Part shown: positions 12,611 through 27,060 of the stretch, piece by piece | Layout of the letters: each line of letters starts with the position of its first letter | Numbering within the stretch: position 1 is the first letter of the stretch | Assembly (NCBI GenBank): GCA_964016885.1 | Contig: OZ024754.1 | Span: forward strand, 27,838,001-27,902,000 | Origin: Eledone cirrhosa | Taxonomy: Eukaryota | Reading direction: 5' to 3' | Length of the DNA: 64,000 nt | The notes under the pieces: generated by a model | Seen by the model: the letters and a program-made list of their open reading frames with translations, nothing else | Told to the model about the DNA's origin: nothing | Databases searched by the model: none | Translations under genes and position numbers: made by a program

Positions 12611-12773
12611 TTAAGTACGAGATTCTCGGCTGCACGTTGTCTTTGAGTAAGATTATATTTCATATTGCTCCAGACCCTTAAAGAGTTGTTCTAGTGAGGG
12701 ACTTGGCCATTGCTGCAGCTGTAAAACATAGTAGCCAGCCCAACAAGGATACTCTGACTGAGGGCAACATTAG

Positions 12774-12882
12774 ATAATTTTTTTCAACTTTTGGCACAAG
12801 GCCAGCAATTACCCAGTGCATTACTGGTACTTTATTTTATCGACCCCGTAAGGATGAAAGGCAAAGTTAACCTCGGCGGGAT
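12774..12882 (-). mobile_element. Truncated tRNA-derived SINE (family of 43880-44565)
   Basis: ggcacaaggccagcaattacccagtgcattactggtactttattttatcgaccccgtaaggatgaaaggc. Confidence 0.8.
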
Positions 12883-13552
12883 TACATTAGATAATGTAGT
12901 CCAATTATTAGGGAAAAAACTCTGTTGACTGAGTACTTAAATGGCTTTTGAACATATTTCTGCCCGATAATTACTAACCTGGGTCAAAACAACAACAACG
13001 GTAGCAACAACAACAACACCACCAACAACAACAATGACAGTAACTTACACCAACAGTTCCAATACCACCACCAACAACATAAAGATAATATTTAATCAAA
13101 TCGTTCCTTTCATATAGCTACTGTTCAATATAATTACATTAGTTATTGGTGGTGATGTTTGTTCGAACCAAACACATTATGTACTATATATACAATCATT
13201 TCAAGTATGTTTATCCTAGGAAATCCATCTCTTATGTTTAATTACAGGCATTGTAACAGAAAACAAACAAAATACAGGAATTGCTTAGATACATGCATGG
13301 ATATGCATAGAATTCTCATTAATCATGGTTTTAATACAGCCTTAATTTTATTTACATATTCATCTTATTTAACTTTTATTTACTTTCAATATTTTTAGTT
13401 TTGTTTTTCTCTGATTATCTTCTTAATTGGTGACAAATCTCCAGCTACGTTCGTATTTCTGTAATTTTAATGGCATTGTTTTCTTTGGAAGTTAATTATT
13501 CAATTTGAAGCTCAGACAAAATATCATAAAAATCGTTAATATGTACGTATAC

Positions 13553-13591
<39 letters not shown>

Positions 13592-13602
13592 TATATATAT
13601 AT

Positions 13603-13953
13603 TACTATAGTTTCGGTTTTAAGGTTTTTACTGTTCATTCCTATGCATATTGGGTGGGACCTATATATATATATATATATGAAAAAGTATGACCCCGACG
13701 GCAGAGCTCAAGCCGTTTCGACGGCTATTTCTGGACTGAGTCCAGAAATAGCCGTCGAAACGGCTTGAGCTCTGCCGTCGGGGTCATACTTTTTCCTATT
13801 TCCCACTCTACTACCCTAAGTATTGAGTACTCTGGTGCGTTATGGTCCATTTGGTTCCTTACCACAATTCCTTTGTTATATATATATATATAGGTCCCAC
13901 CCACTATGCACAGGAATAAACAGTAAAAACCTTAACACCGAAACTATAGTAAT
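13603..13953. repeat. Nested palindromes: outer inverted repeat enclosing a family B fold-back
   Basis: 13603-13662 inverted at 13891-13953; inner arms 13681-13737 and 13739-13795 perfect; TA tracts between layers. Confidence 0.85.
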
Positions 13954-14303
13954 TTCCAGAGGTTGACTGAGGAGATTGGACTGTCCGTCTTTCTGTTGTT
14001 TTTTCCATTGTCTTTTTCCTGTGCGCCCACTATTTTGAATTCATATTCTAAATACTTAGTAACGCAGGATTTTTTTAAATCTATATATACATACCTTGTT
14101 CATTCCGCCACTAACATCACCATTCTCATTGTAAAGTTGTGAAGAGGGGAGTTGTGTAGGAACTAATATATTTCTTCAATGTACTGTGTCGTTGGCTTTG
14201 TTATTTCTGTTTAGATTTTACACACACACACACACACTAACATGTATATATATATATATGTGTGTGCGTGTGTGTGTGTGTGTGTGTGTGCGTGTGTGTG
14301 TGC

Positions 14304-14388
<85 letters not shown>

Positions 14389-15418
14389 AGAAATTGTGTA
14401 TGGAAACAGATAATATTATAATTTGGAAGGGTCATTGTACTAATAAACACACACATATCAGCTGAGTTTCAATTCTGTTCTACTATTAGTTGGGTACCTG
14501 ATTCATTCATTGGTTAATTTAGTAACCAGATGCTTATATAATTTTCATATTTAATTGTCAAGGCTTTTTCGTTGCACATGCTATGACCTTCTCAATGACT
14601 ATTCTTGTTAGTCTGTGTCTCCTCTTCGTATTGGTTTTGTTTTATTTACTCCATATTGTCTTTGTCTTTCCTGTGGAAAATCGGTTCTCTGGATATTTCT
14701 GTGATTAAATGAAATCTTCAGTGAATTATGTCAGTCTCTGGTTTCGAAAATTATAATAAAACATTACTAAATAAATAATTTTTGATACAACAATCTGGAA
14801 TCAAATATCAAGACGGGATAAAAGACAACATAAAAACAAGAACATTATCTTAAGAATATATATTTTTCTCATATTTTTAGATGTTGGCCATTCTTTGAAA
14901 CTACAAAATAACTCATTGCTGTTGTCTGAAACATTATTGCCTTCAATCACAGAAATATCTTCAAACTATATATTATTTTTAGTCTTAAATTTCGTCTGAA
15001 GAAATTTTAGTATTTTACGCATATTGCAATACTGGAAAAGTAAAAAAAAAAAAAGATATGTCTACTTTTAAAATATCTCTAATTCTCACACTTCAGATTT
15101 TTGTTGTTGTTTCTTTCTATAGTTCTCGAAAGAATTATAGCTTGAAAATTGTATTATTGTCGTTGATCGTAATTTTTTATACGATTTTGTTTTCTCGTCA
15201 ATAACATTGGTTATTATGTTTTCTACTTGCAGTTTTTTAGTTTCTAATTTGTTTTCTCTTTCACATCATAAACTATGACTGGCAATCTTAACCATTCCAT
15301 GAGAATCGAAAAGGGTGGAATGAGAATTGAAAAGAACATTAATAAATCAATAGATAGTTGTTATTGTAGTTGTTGCTGTTGTTTTTATAGTTAAACATAT
15401 GAGTGTTTTCAAAGAGTA

Positions 15419-15528
<110 letters not shown>

Positions 15529-15822
15529 TGGAGGAAAATGATTCGTGGATGCGATAAAATAATTTAAAATATAAAATTAATCTCTGCTAAAATGAGTGTG
15601 ATTAAATTTGAAGGGTAACAGATATAGGAACAACTCTGTTTCAACGATCTCAATAAAGAGAAAGAATTGTATAACAAAATGATTTATAAATACGGAAGGA
15701 AGATGAAATGTTGTAATTGGATAGGATTGAATGAATGGTTTGAAATATGTCGCTCAGAAAATAGAAGCCCTCGTTTAATAGGTATTTATTAAAAGCAGAC
15801 TTTCTAAACATTTATGTCTGAT

Positions 15823-15862
<40 letters not shown>

Positions 15863-16438
15863 AAAGGAGTCGATCATTGGAGCATAATCTATAAATGTTT
15901 CCGTTAGTTTTTCCATTGCTGATGCTATCTGCCGGTTATAGGCAGAAGGAGGCATGATTAGAAATCAGAATTGACAGAACGAGAACAGATGCCCTGTCTA
16001 TCACTTTAACAATTCTGCTAAGCCCCCGCCGCCCTGGGAGAGTATTCAATTTATCAACATCGAAAGTATGAAAGGTAAATTTGATCTCGATGCCATTTTA
16101 ACTTCGAGGACCGAGAGCCGGAACATATATCAATGCATTTAATCCGACGTTTGAACGTCTCAGCCAATTCGCAGCTTCAAACAGAGTCAACTAGTATGTC
16201 ATTGTCCACACACTAAGATGTGAATATTTCGTTATACTTTCAAAGAAGTCATCTGAAGAGTCTAAAAGTCTTGAATTTTGTCTATTGTATATTTGTTATC
16301 AGACGTAACTGCAGCAATGGCGAGATTTACGTTAGAGCGGGTTTATTTTAGACTCCTCTGCTAGGAATCTCCCATTGTTAACTTTGTAAAAGTTACTCTC
16401 TTTCTTTCTCTTTCTCTCTTTCTCGCTCTCTCTCTCTT

Positions 16439-16603
<165 letters not shown>

Positions 16604-16656
16604 ATATATATATATTTATATATAGAAGTGGTTACACAACAGTTAGTTCACCATAC

Positions 16657-16694
16657 CGAGAACTATTGTTTCGCCTTAGCGGATCCTCAGCTCG
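16657..16694 (-). ncRNA. Minimal type I hammerhead (family E)
   Basis: cgag-CUGAGGA-uccgcuaaggc-GAAAC-AAUA-GUU^-cucg. Confidence 0.8.
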
Positions 16695-16889
16695 TAATGG
16701 ACATGGTTATACGGAACAGGAAGGACAACCGTACAAACGCACATGCGCAGAAACGGTCACTTCAGTCAGGCAATACTAAATTGCGTGCGAGAGGTGTAAG
16801 GGGGATAACTGCGAAAGTCCGAAAGTTTCTAATTGGTAAGAAAGAACCATTAGGACCAAGTCCAACCTGTCCCATTGGGACAACAGCGA

Positions 16890-18321
16890 CTCCGTAATTA
16901 AGTGGTTTAACGCCTTCAAATCCCAAAAAGCGAAGTTCACACAGTTTGACATTGTTGATTTTTACCCGTCGATCTCAGAGACCCTGTTAAACTAAGCGTT
17001 GGACTTTGCTATCACTTATACTACCGTCTATGGTTTAGACAGGGAAATCATCGCTCACTGCCAGAAAACCCTCCTCTTGAACAACGGAGTAGCCTGGGCA
17101 AAGAAGACAACTTCAGACCTGTTCGACGTCTCCATGGGTACGTTTGACAGTGCTGACGTATACGACTTGGTTGGCCTATTTATTTTAGACATATTACGTG
17201 TTAGATTCCCGGTCTTCCACACCAGAATATACCGCGACGATGGATTGACCTTATCATGCCATAAAAGTGGTCTCGACCTTGATCGGTTTAAAAAAGATTT
17301 AGCTTCTACTTTCATTGAGTTAGGACTTAGGATAACAGTAGCTACCAACCTCTCTAGCGTAGATTTCTTAGACATTAATTTAGACCTTTGCACACACACC
17401 TACAGACCCTTCCATAAGCTTAACGAAAAACTCAATTACATTCACAAGGACTCATTCCCCCCACCCCACCCCAGCACCCGCAGTTTTTAGAAACTTCGTA
17501 AATAATATCAGTACTAGAATCTCAAACCTCTTCTCTAATAAGGCTATCTTTGACAGAGCGGCACCCTATTATAACACGGCGTTAGCTAACAGCGGTTTCT
17601 CGCAACCTATCACTTACTCTCCCACTAACAACAACAGCAATAAGAAAACAAAGCGTAACAATAGACAAACTATCTGCTTCTCTCCTCCCTTCTCACTCAA
17701 CGTTAAAACCAATGTAGGCAAACAATGTCTAGCTCTCTTAGATAGACACTTTCCCATAGGTCATAAATACCGCTACATCTTTAACCGACACAAAGTAAAA
17801 CTAGGATACTCCTGCGCTAAGAACATGAAGGTCCACATCACCAACAGCCCTAAGAGCAACACCCCACCAGGGTGCTCTTGCCGTAAGCCCGAAGCTTGTC
17901 CCCTTCAACAGCAATGCAACACATCCGCCGTAGTTTATGAAGCTGTGGTCACTTCCAACCGATCAAATCAACCACAGGAGGTCAAATCCTATGTGGGTAT
18001 GGCGGGGGCCGATTTAAGGAACGTTTCCTGAACCACCAGTCGACCTTTAGATACTCGGACAGACGTTCATCCACGAAACTCGTGAGCCATGTATGCTCCC
18101 TCAAGGACTCAAGTATAGACTACTCCATTCAATGGAAAGCCATCATTAAGTCCAAGCCATACGCAAGGAGCAATCCGTCGTGTGGACTATGTATTTATGA
18201 GCGAATAAATATTCTAAAGAGATTACGCAATAGCGATTGCCTAAATTTAAGAAATGAATTCTTCACACGTTGTCCACACGTCTGGAAATATCTCTTACAT
18301 AACTACAAAGCTCCGAATTGA
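16890..18321 (+). pseudogene. PLE RT and GIY-YIG endonuclease, frameshifted
   Basis: FDIVDFYPSI, FDVSMGTFDSADVYDLVG, IYRDDGL, CSCRKPEACPL...VVYEAVV...SYVG, CGLCIYE...CPH. Confidence 0.9.
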
Positions 18322-18489
18322 ATTACAACAACATCCTAATTTTCTTATCAACTAGAAACTTTCGGACTTTCGCAGTTATCTCCCTTACACCTCTCGCATG
18401 CAATTTAGTGTTGCCTGAGTGAAGTGACCGTTTCTGCGCATGCGCGTTCGTACGATTGTCCTTCCTGTTCCGTATAACCATGTCCATTA

Positions 18490-18527
18490 CGAGCTGGGGA
18501 TCCGCTAAGGTGAAACAATTGTTCTCA
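18490..18527 (+). ncRNA. Family E hammerhead, mutated core
   Basis: cgag-CUGGGGA-...-GAAAC-AAUU-GUU-cuca; stem III palindrome ACAAUUGU. Confidence 0.6.
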
Positions 18528-18595
18528 GTATGGTGTACTAACTGTTGTGTAACCACTTCTACCACTACGGATATTACCTTCCAGTGTTCTACCAC

Positions 18596-18709
<114 letters not shown>

Positions 18710-18893
18710 AAAGTTCTATTTAAATTGTTGGGATGCAACAAGCAAATATTTTTATAACTGATATAAAGCACTCAACAAATAATTGGAGTAAAAATACGAT
18801 ATTAACAAATGGAAACTATATTTATAAAACCATATTTATTTTTGCATTCTTTAAGGGTATGTCAATATTTATTTATAAAACTGCTCTATATTG

Positions 18894-18958
18894 TATTTTA
18901 TCTGATGAAAGCACACCATAATTTAACTTGGTGTCCTTGAAATATGTATAATGAAATA
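18894..18958 (+). ncRNA. Type I hammerhead (family F)
   Basis: uauuuuau-CUGAUGA-aagcacacca...uggugucccuu-type stem II-GAAA-uaugua-UA^-augaaaua; lies within inverted repeats 18792-18838 and 18957-19000. Confidence 0.8.
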
Positions 18959-18997
18959 AATATGGGTTTATAAATATAGTTTCCATTTGTTAATATC

Positions 18998-19094
<97 letters not shown>

Positions 19095-19222
19095 AAGTTA
19101 TATTTAAAATTGTTGGGTTACAACTAGTAAATATTTATAACTGATATAAAAGCACTCGACAAATACTTGGAGTATATTTACAATATTAAATAAATGGAAA
19201 ACTATATTTATAAAACCATATT

Positions 19223-19288
19223 TATTTCATTATATATATTTCGGGGATATCATATTAACAATATGCTATGCCTTCATCAGACAAAATA
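19223..19288 (-). ncRNA. Type I hammerhead (family F)
   Basis: Mirror copy of 19444-19509. Confidence 0.75.
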
Positions 19289-19443
19289 CAATATAAACAG
19301 TTTTATAGATAAATATATTCGACATACCGTAATAAACATCAACTTCATTTGAAGAGGTTCACTCTAGCAGTGAACCTCTTCAAATGAAGTTGATGTTTAT
19401 TACGGTATGTCGAATATATTTATCTATAAAACTGTTTATATTG

Positions 19444-19509
19444 TATTTTGTCTGATGAAGGCATAGCATATTGTTAATATGATATCCCCGAAATATATAT
19501 AATGAAATA
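19444..19509 (+). ncRNA. Type I hammerhead (family F)
   Basis: uauuuugu-CUGAUGA-agg...cauauu/aauaug...cccc-GAAA-UAUAUA-UA^-augaaaua. Confidence 0.75.
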
Positions 19510-19558
19510 AATATGGTTTTATAAATATAGTTTTCCATTTATTTAATATTTAATATTG

Positions 19559-19594
<36 letters not shown>

Positions 19595-20419
19595 AATATG
19601 TAATATGTCCAATAAATTCCATTCGTCGCAACACTGATTCTCTTTTTTCTATGTTATATATAGATATATATATATCAACCTCACAGCGATGATGCATTTT
19701 TATAGTGCAAAAGTCGGTTTAAACGGATTCGGCGAAACTGCAGTCGTTACTTTGAAGAAAAGATAGGTATATTTTTGTCTATTATTTCTCGTATTTTTAA
19801 TTTGATATATATATATGCTCACTCCACATACCTATGTAGATGTGCGCGTATATTTCTCCCAGATTATATATATTGTATTGTTTATACTTACAACGGAAAT
19901 ACTATGTTGAGTTAATGAAAATCTCTGCTCGACAAAATAAACCACAAACTACAAACCATTACAATAATAACTGGTATTACTAGTATTATTATAACAACAT
20001 ATAAACGACATATTTCTTACTGTGATCTTGTATATATTCGGTGAACGATTTGGGCCATTAACTACAGGCAGTTTAGGAGATAATTGATGTAAATTATTCA
20101 GCTAGACTGATAAACGTGACAGATCTCTGAAAGACAATGAATCAAACTACCTCCTCCAAAGAGCCATTTAGCTAGAAAGGTTAGAAATGGGGTTATCCAC
20201 TGGACATATAATTGGATTTCATTTGGACGTTGATATGCATCGACTCAACAATATGACCGACTTTTGTCTCTCTTTAAACGTAACAACATAATCTATCATA
20301 GATTGTTGCAAAACTCTATGGTAAAGAAAGTAGTTGACAATTATATATATATATATGTGTGTGTGTTTGTGTGTGTGTACATACATATATATATGTATGT
20401 TTGTATATATATATATATA

Positions 20420-20494
<75 letters not shown>

Positions 20495-21619
20495 ATACAT
20501 ATATACATATGTATGTTTGTATATATATATACATATATACGTATATATATAAATATATATATATATATGTATGTATGTATATATATACGTATGTAAATGT
20601 ATATACCTATATACATATATATATTATATATAAATATGAATATATATATATATATATATATACATATATACATTAAATATGTTTGGGAATGTGCTGTTCT
20701 CCTGCGACACTAATGCATCTGAACATTCTTTGGTTCTTTCCACAAAAAAGACAAAGGCGGGTAGCCTATATGACCCTGTGCATTAATAGGAGTGAACAGA
20801 TTTCTAACAATTTATCGATGCAGTCGGTATAATTGAATCAGAATTATTTACCGTCAGATATCACAAGAAAGACGACATTTTATACACAAGAGTGGTACTT
20901 GTGTTTATCGAGTATAAAACTATAGTGTGATGTTTCATTCTATATTTGGTGAGGTTTTGATATGTGCTACATACGTATATATCAATAAATGACACTCCGA
21001 AAACCATTTTAGGTCTGTAGAAACATAGCTTTCATTGTATTCTTTTAAATTCTAGATTCCACTCGATGAAATGTCCGTTGTCGTTTTGTTTTGCTTTGTT
21101 TTCTTGTTTTTTGTTGGGCTGGTGGCATGGCAGTTGATCTTTACCCGTGACCCGTGCAGTAGGGCATTACATCTGCCAGTTTTTAGATGAATAAGTTAAG
21201 CATTTTTCACAACTTTATTTCAACAAACAACACACAATATTTACAGTGAACAACTTTGGCGGTGCCCCAGCATGGCCTTAGTCTATCGACTGAAATACGT
21301 AAAAGAGCAAAACATTAACATTATCTGTGTTAAGCACATTGTTGTTTCATCAAAGAAGAGGGTAAATTTGAAAGGTGTTGACCGAAAAGAGAGGGAATTA
21401 TTTAAAATCTCGCAATACTGGTGTGTTTTGCCTTAACGTTTTTGATGCCGGACCTGCCGAACAGCTCTTGGTTTTATGAAACAATATCGATGTAAAAGAT
21501 GATTCCAACTCTAATTCACGAAAGAATACATATTATATATGATAAAGACACTACAATTTTCAGGTAAATATCTACTGTATCAACTCATCCAACCTTGTCG
21601 TTTCGGCCACAAACTCAGG

Positions 21620-21775
21620 AACCCCCACCCCGTAATTTAGAGGAGCAAAAGGCAGCTAAATACCAGGATTTGGCCAACCGATTACTTTTCGTGTCGGTCA
21701 CCGTAGAGACCTCTGATATACTCAGTTCCCGAATTGTCGTTTTCCTCTACAAAATCGATAGGTGTGCACACCACC
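21620..21775 (+). pseudogene. Remnant of a restriction-like endonuclease (RLE) domain of an early-branching non-LTR element
   Basis: EEQKAAKYQDLANRLLFVSVTVETS resembles the K..KY..L....F.PxAVETxG motif. Confidence 0.5.
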
Positions 21776-22433
21776 CCACTCAGGTAGAAACCCTGTGAAG
21801 TGGAGTTGCGTAGAGTCACTGGTTGTTTTCGGCAGTAATTCTTTCGTCAAGATAGACGAAAGATACACTGTCTATAGAATAGGTGCAGAGTATGCCACCT
21901 CTTTCCGCTTTCCCTTACTATCGTTAATTAAGGTTTTTCTCTTTCGTTTCGTTTTTCTATACATAGTATGTATGATAAAGAAGCAAGTATTCTTAACTAA
22001 TTTTCTACTGCACTGACGCACCACCTGCTAATATAATTTGAAGATTTGTATAAAGATACGAAGGAATTTTCAATATCCAAAGATTTTCAAATCTTGATTG
22101 GTTGTTAGATTTTAGAAAGGCATTTGATATTGAGAAAATATCTTACCATCAAACTTTCAGATAAGTAGAATATTTGAATATCAAATATTCAGCAACAATT
22201 ACATTATCATTTATCCTTCAAATCTGTTTCTAATATTATAGAAAAAGGTTTGAAATAGAAACGAAACATGAATAAAAATGTTCATTAAAATGATTAATCA
22301 AGTCATGATATCAGAATGAAATATAATTTCTTGACATTTGATAATGTCTTGGCGTGCTAGATGAATCAGATAACGAAGTGTTACTCTTCTTAACTAAATG
22401 TCCTTTATAACAGCTATATTTCAAATAATCGAA

Positions 22434-22760
22434 GGCGTGTGGTATGATGGGCTTACGATTGTGATATCAAGAGTACGATTCTTGAACCGGGCGGAATGTT
22501 ATGTCCTCGAGCAACAGACATTTCTTCAGTCTATGCTGCAAAAAATGAGTTACGACGTCACTATTTCCAAGTTGTATCGGCCTTTATCTTTCACTTGGAT
22601 AACATGGATCTCGTAAAGAGGGGAGCCTACATGCATGGCCTGCTTCTGATCTTTCACAATAAGCCCTGCCCAGGCTTATACTATGGAGAGGCTAACCCAT
22701 GGTCATGGGTACAAGATCCTTGGCCAATAATGACCGAAACGTGTATAATCTTTATTGCAT
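22434..22760 (+). mobile_element. Degenerate tRNA-derived SINE
   Basis: ggcgtgtggta...gagtacgattc...gtcctcgagcaa.agaca core resembling 33184. Confidence 0.45.
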
Positions 22761-23139
22761 ACACTTTCTGTTTTTGATGATTTGTTTCTAAAGAAGAAAA
22801 CATCTAGGTTAATTATCCATTAGTTTTGTTTTGGTTGTTTTTCTAAGATTATTGTCTTCAAACAGCAAATGAAATGAGCTTAACGAGAATAGAATTAAGG
22901 ATACGGTTCTCTGTAAAAGAAATCATGCTCGTTTATAAAATTAGTTTTAGAAAACTAGTCGATAATTGATCACTTATTTCTGCAAAGAATTTGAGAGAGA
23001 ACGAGAGAGATAGACAGAGAGACAGACAAAACCAGATGTAAGAGAGGGGGGGGGGGAGATCGAGAGACTGACAGACACGGACATACAGGTGGAAGGAGAG
23101 AAAGAAGAAAAATGTAGAGAGATAAAGAGGGTGGGGTGA

Positions 23140-23413
23140 GAGATAGAGAGGTAGAAGGAGAGAAAGATGTGGGGGTATAAGAAGACAGAGCGGGAGAGAG
23201 AGAGGTGAGGGTAGAAGCAGAGAGAGTGGGAGAGAGAGATGTGAGGGTAGAAGGAGAGAGAGTGGGAGAGAGAGATGTGAGGGTAGAAGGAGAGAGAGTG
23301 GGAGAGAGCGATGTGGGGGTAGAAGGAGAGAGAGTGGGAGAGATATATATGGTGGTAGAAGGAGAGAGAGCGGGAGAGAGAGATGTGAGGGTAGAAGGAG
23401 AGAGAGCGGGAGA

Positions 23414-23489
<76 letters not shown>

Positions 23490-23570
23490 TGAGGGTAAAA
23501 GGAGAGAGAGCGGGAGAGAGAGAGAGAGAGAGAGAGAGATGTGAGGGTAGAAGGAGAGAGAGAGAAATGA
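23140..23570. repeat. ~33-bp GA-rich minisatellite merging into (GA)n
   Basis: Unit gagagagatgtgagggtagaaggagagagagtgg. Confidence 0.85.
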
Positions 23571-23760
23571 TCGCATCTAAGCAAATATTAATTACTTAAG
23601 TTTTTTTGTCAAAATTACATGTGTTAGGAACGCAGAATGTTTTCCCACACGTGTCGGTCAAAGAAATTCCAGAGATGAATCGAAGAACAGTTTAATTTCA
23701 TAGATTCATCATTGATTGTGTGAGTGAGTGGGTGAGTGAGTGGGTGAGTGAGTGAGTGAG

Positions 23761-23836
<76 letters not shown>

Positions 23837-23876
23837 CGGTGGTGGTGGTGGTGGTGGTGATGGTAGTGGTGGTGCG

Positions 23877-23910
<34 letters not shown>

Positions 23911-24393
23911 AAGTAGTGGTGGTAGTAGTAGTAGTAGTTATTGTTGTTGTTTGCCGCCGTTGATGTTGCTGGTTGCGTTTTTGTTGTTGTTGTGCTTCTT
24001 ATCGAAAGAGATTTTGTGTGATAGTTACATAATCGCATCCAAGAATATTTGTCGTGTAGAGAAATTAAGTGCCATGCACAAAGTTAGAGTTGTGTAGTTG
24101 TTGTTGTTGTTGTCTAGCCTCTAACTCAGCACTTATTCAGGAGACCCATGTTCAAAAGTCTTCTATCAACCAGTGAAAATATCGCCTTTTGTACATAAAT
24201 AGAACTATAGTTCGTTTCTAGAAAACGAAGTGAAATATAAAGTTCACACCTATGGGGGTTTAGGTAACTCTCTACGAGGTTGCATCTCAAAGCAGCTTTC
24301 CCGGGGGTATTAAGAATAGGACGATAGTTCTATCATAAAACTCGTATTGCTGAAGAACACAACAGCCCGATGCCGGAATCAAAGCCTACCACA

Positions 24394-24745
24394 TAATTGT
24401 TTCTACTTTTTGCACAAGGCCAGCAATTACCCAGTGCATTACTGGTACTTTATTTTAGCGACCCCCGTAAGGATGAAAGGCAAAGTTAACCTCGGCGGGA
24501 TTTGAACTCAGAATGGCAAGGGGCGTAACTCTATGCGTCAAAGCATGGCGTCCGATATAATTATTTCTACTTTAGGCACAAGGCCAGCAATTACACAGTG
24601 CATTACTGGTACTTTATTTTATCGACCCCGTAAGGATGAAAGGCAAAGTCAACCTCGGCGGGATTTGAACTCAGATCGTAAAGGGACGTAACTATGCTGG
24701 AAAGCATGGCGTCCGACCCTCTACTGATACTGCCAAGACCGCGAA
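24394..24745 (-). mobile_element. Two tandem tRNA-derived SINE copies
   Basis: Two copies of ttctactt...ggatgaaaggcaaagt.aacctcggcgggatttgaactcaga...gcatggcgtccga. Confidence 0.85.
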
Positions 24746-24894
24746 TTATACACCATAGCCACTAGACCACGACTACGCACCTTCACATTATAAATACCTT
24801 GCAGTCCACTCGAAATTCACATTTGAGCTTTGAATAATACTTTGCCTTATATGTTTGTGTTATCAACTCATCTAAACTATTATATATATGTGTT

Positions 24895-24925
<31 letters not shown>

Positions 24926-25253
24926 CTGTGTGTATGTATATATATATATAAATATATATATGTGTGTGTGTGTGTGCGTGAGTGTGTGTGTGTATGTGTG
25001 TGCGTGAGTGTGTGTGTGTGTGTGTGTGTGTGCGTGTGTGAATGTATAGTATAATTGATAATATGCTGTATGTTTAATTAAAAACATTTTGAAGACCATT
25101 CGCTATGAATTTTAAAGTAGTGATGTCACTTACCTATTCTCGGCAAAAACAAACATATATATATGTATATATATGTATATACATATAAATATATATATTA
25201 ATATATATATACATGTGTGTGTGTGTGCGTGCGTGTGTGTGTGTATGTGTGTG

Positions 25254-25339
<86 letters not shown>

Positions 25340-25345
25340 TGTATA

Positions 25346-25417
<72 letters not shown>

Positions 25418-26466
25418 TAAATATCAAGTGCATGTTGGTGTGTATGTATGGGAGTATGGTTGCAGTCATTGTGAGAGATGCCTTCATTTATGCAAGTTGC
25501 CAGTGTCAAGCTGTATCCATGTCTCAATACCTCAGTATTCCAATACATTAATAATGAGATCGATATAACGATAATCTGGCAAACCTACAAAACCTGTTTG
25601 TGAACAAAATATTCAAATCATTGCATTGAACATTATGTAATATACTTATAATAACACTATATGTATTAAGACATATAAACATAGGAGCAATAATGTAAAT
25701 ATATACTCAATACATACACACAAACACCCACATAATTCCCCCTTCGACACACAAGCAGAGAGACACACACTATATATGTGTGTGTGTGTGTGTTATCTGT
25801 GGGGGTGGAGATATAACCCGTTCTAACGTGCTCTGGCAATGTCATTCGGTAGAAAATGCCATATCATACTATTATTTTCAGTTATTTATTTATTTTTTTT
25901 GTGTTAACAGTTTCCATGAAACTTAAGGCCATGAGCGGTAATTTGATAACAGCAGCCATAACTTCATAAATATTTCTGTTCATTATATACATTGAGTGCA
26001 CATATTTTGTTCTTCGAAACATAGTCGTTCCCAACTCAACTTCTGACAGAAACTTCATAATACAGACTTTCGATATCACTTCTCGCTGCACCCACCTCGG
26101 CACCAATCCTGCAATGCCGGACTGCTTGTCAGACTGCTTGCCTGCCCTTCTCACCCATCCTGATTATTTCTTCTTTTTCTCAAACTTTAAATCTCTTTTT
26201 TCCCTAACTTTTTTACTCTTTTGTGGTGAAGTACCAACGTCCCCTACGTTGAGACATTCCTTTTCAAACAAGCATGAAATTAAGTATATATATAAAGAAT
26301 TAGTATATCTAGTAACATATATATACACACAGATGCATACTTATGCTAGCAAATATATAGGTTTTGTCTTAGTAACTTTGTGGTTCAATGCATGGGGTTG
26401 CAGAACAATAATATGAGAGACGTAAAATAAGAAAATGATAAAATTAACTTACTTACTAAAATTTCA

Positions 26467-26547
26467 CTCCCAACTAATTAGTTTCTGAAAGGGAATAAAC
26501 ATACTTTCCGAAGAAGTGTACAGAGAAGCCTTTCGTCATCAGGGGAG
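26467..26547 (-). ncRNA. Type I hammerhead (family C)
   Basis: cuccc-CUGAUGA-c-gaaagg...ccuuuc-a-GAAAC-UAAUUA-GUU^-gggag. Confidence 0.85.
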
Positions 26548-26979
26548 TCTATTCTCAGCTAAGTTTCCAGGCAATACGTGGACACTGGGAACTCATACAA
26601 AAATAATTCAGTGGATAGAAAAAAGCAAAGCGTGGACTAAATTCCTAGCCATTGAGAAAATCACTGCCATCTGTGTGTATATATATGTTACTAGATATAC
26701 TAATTCTTTATAATTATCTCCAAATTATTTGTCGAGTAAAATTGGCCAAGACTGCTGCTATGGTAACAGTCAGGCTGCTGTCTTCTTAACAAACCAATTT
26801 CCATGATTGACCTCGATGTCACGTGATTGATTCTTTTGAATTTGCCACCGACGCAGTAGGCAATGATTTTCTCAATGACTAGGAATTTAGTCGACGCTTT
26901 GCTTTTTTCTATCCACTGAATTAGTTTTGTATAAGTTCCCAGTGTCCACGTATTGCCTGGAAACTTAGCTGAGAATAGA

Positions 26980-27060
26980 CTTTCCTGATGACGAAAGGCT
27001 TCTCTGTACACTTCTTCGGAAAGTATGTTTATTCCCTTTCAGAAACTAATTAGTTGGGAG
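26980..27060 (+). ncRNA. Type I hammerhead (family C)
   Basis: Same fold; stem I cuuuc/gggag retained through G-U wobbles. Confidence 0.85.

Larger units (their letters stand above)
19182..19550. repeat. ~180-bp-arm fold-back of HHR family F element
   Basis: Symmetric about ~19366 (loop ctagc). Confidence 0.9.

Noticed and set aside
14997-15045. CTGAAGA...GAAAAGTA possible hammerhead
   Set aside because: A stem II is possible but there is no credible stem I or III
25880-26160. Possible host exon after a pyrimidine tract and AG
   Set aside because: No sustained reading frame, recognisable protein or clear donor site
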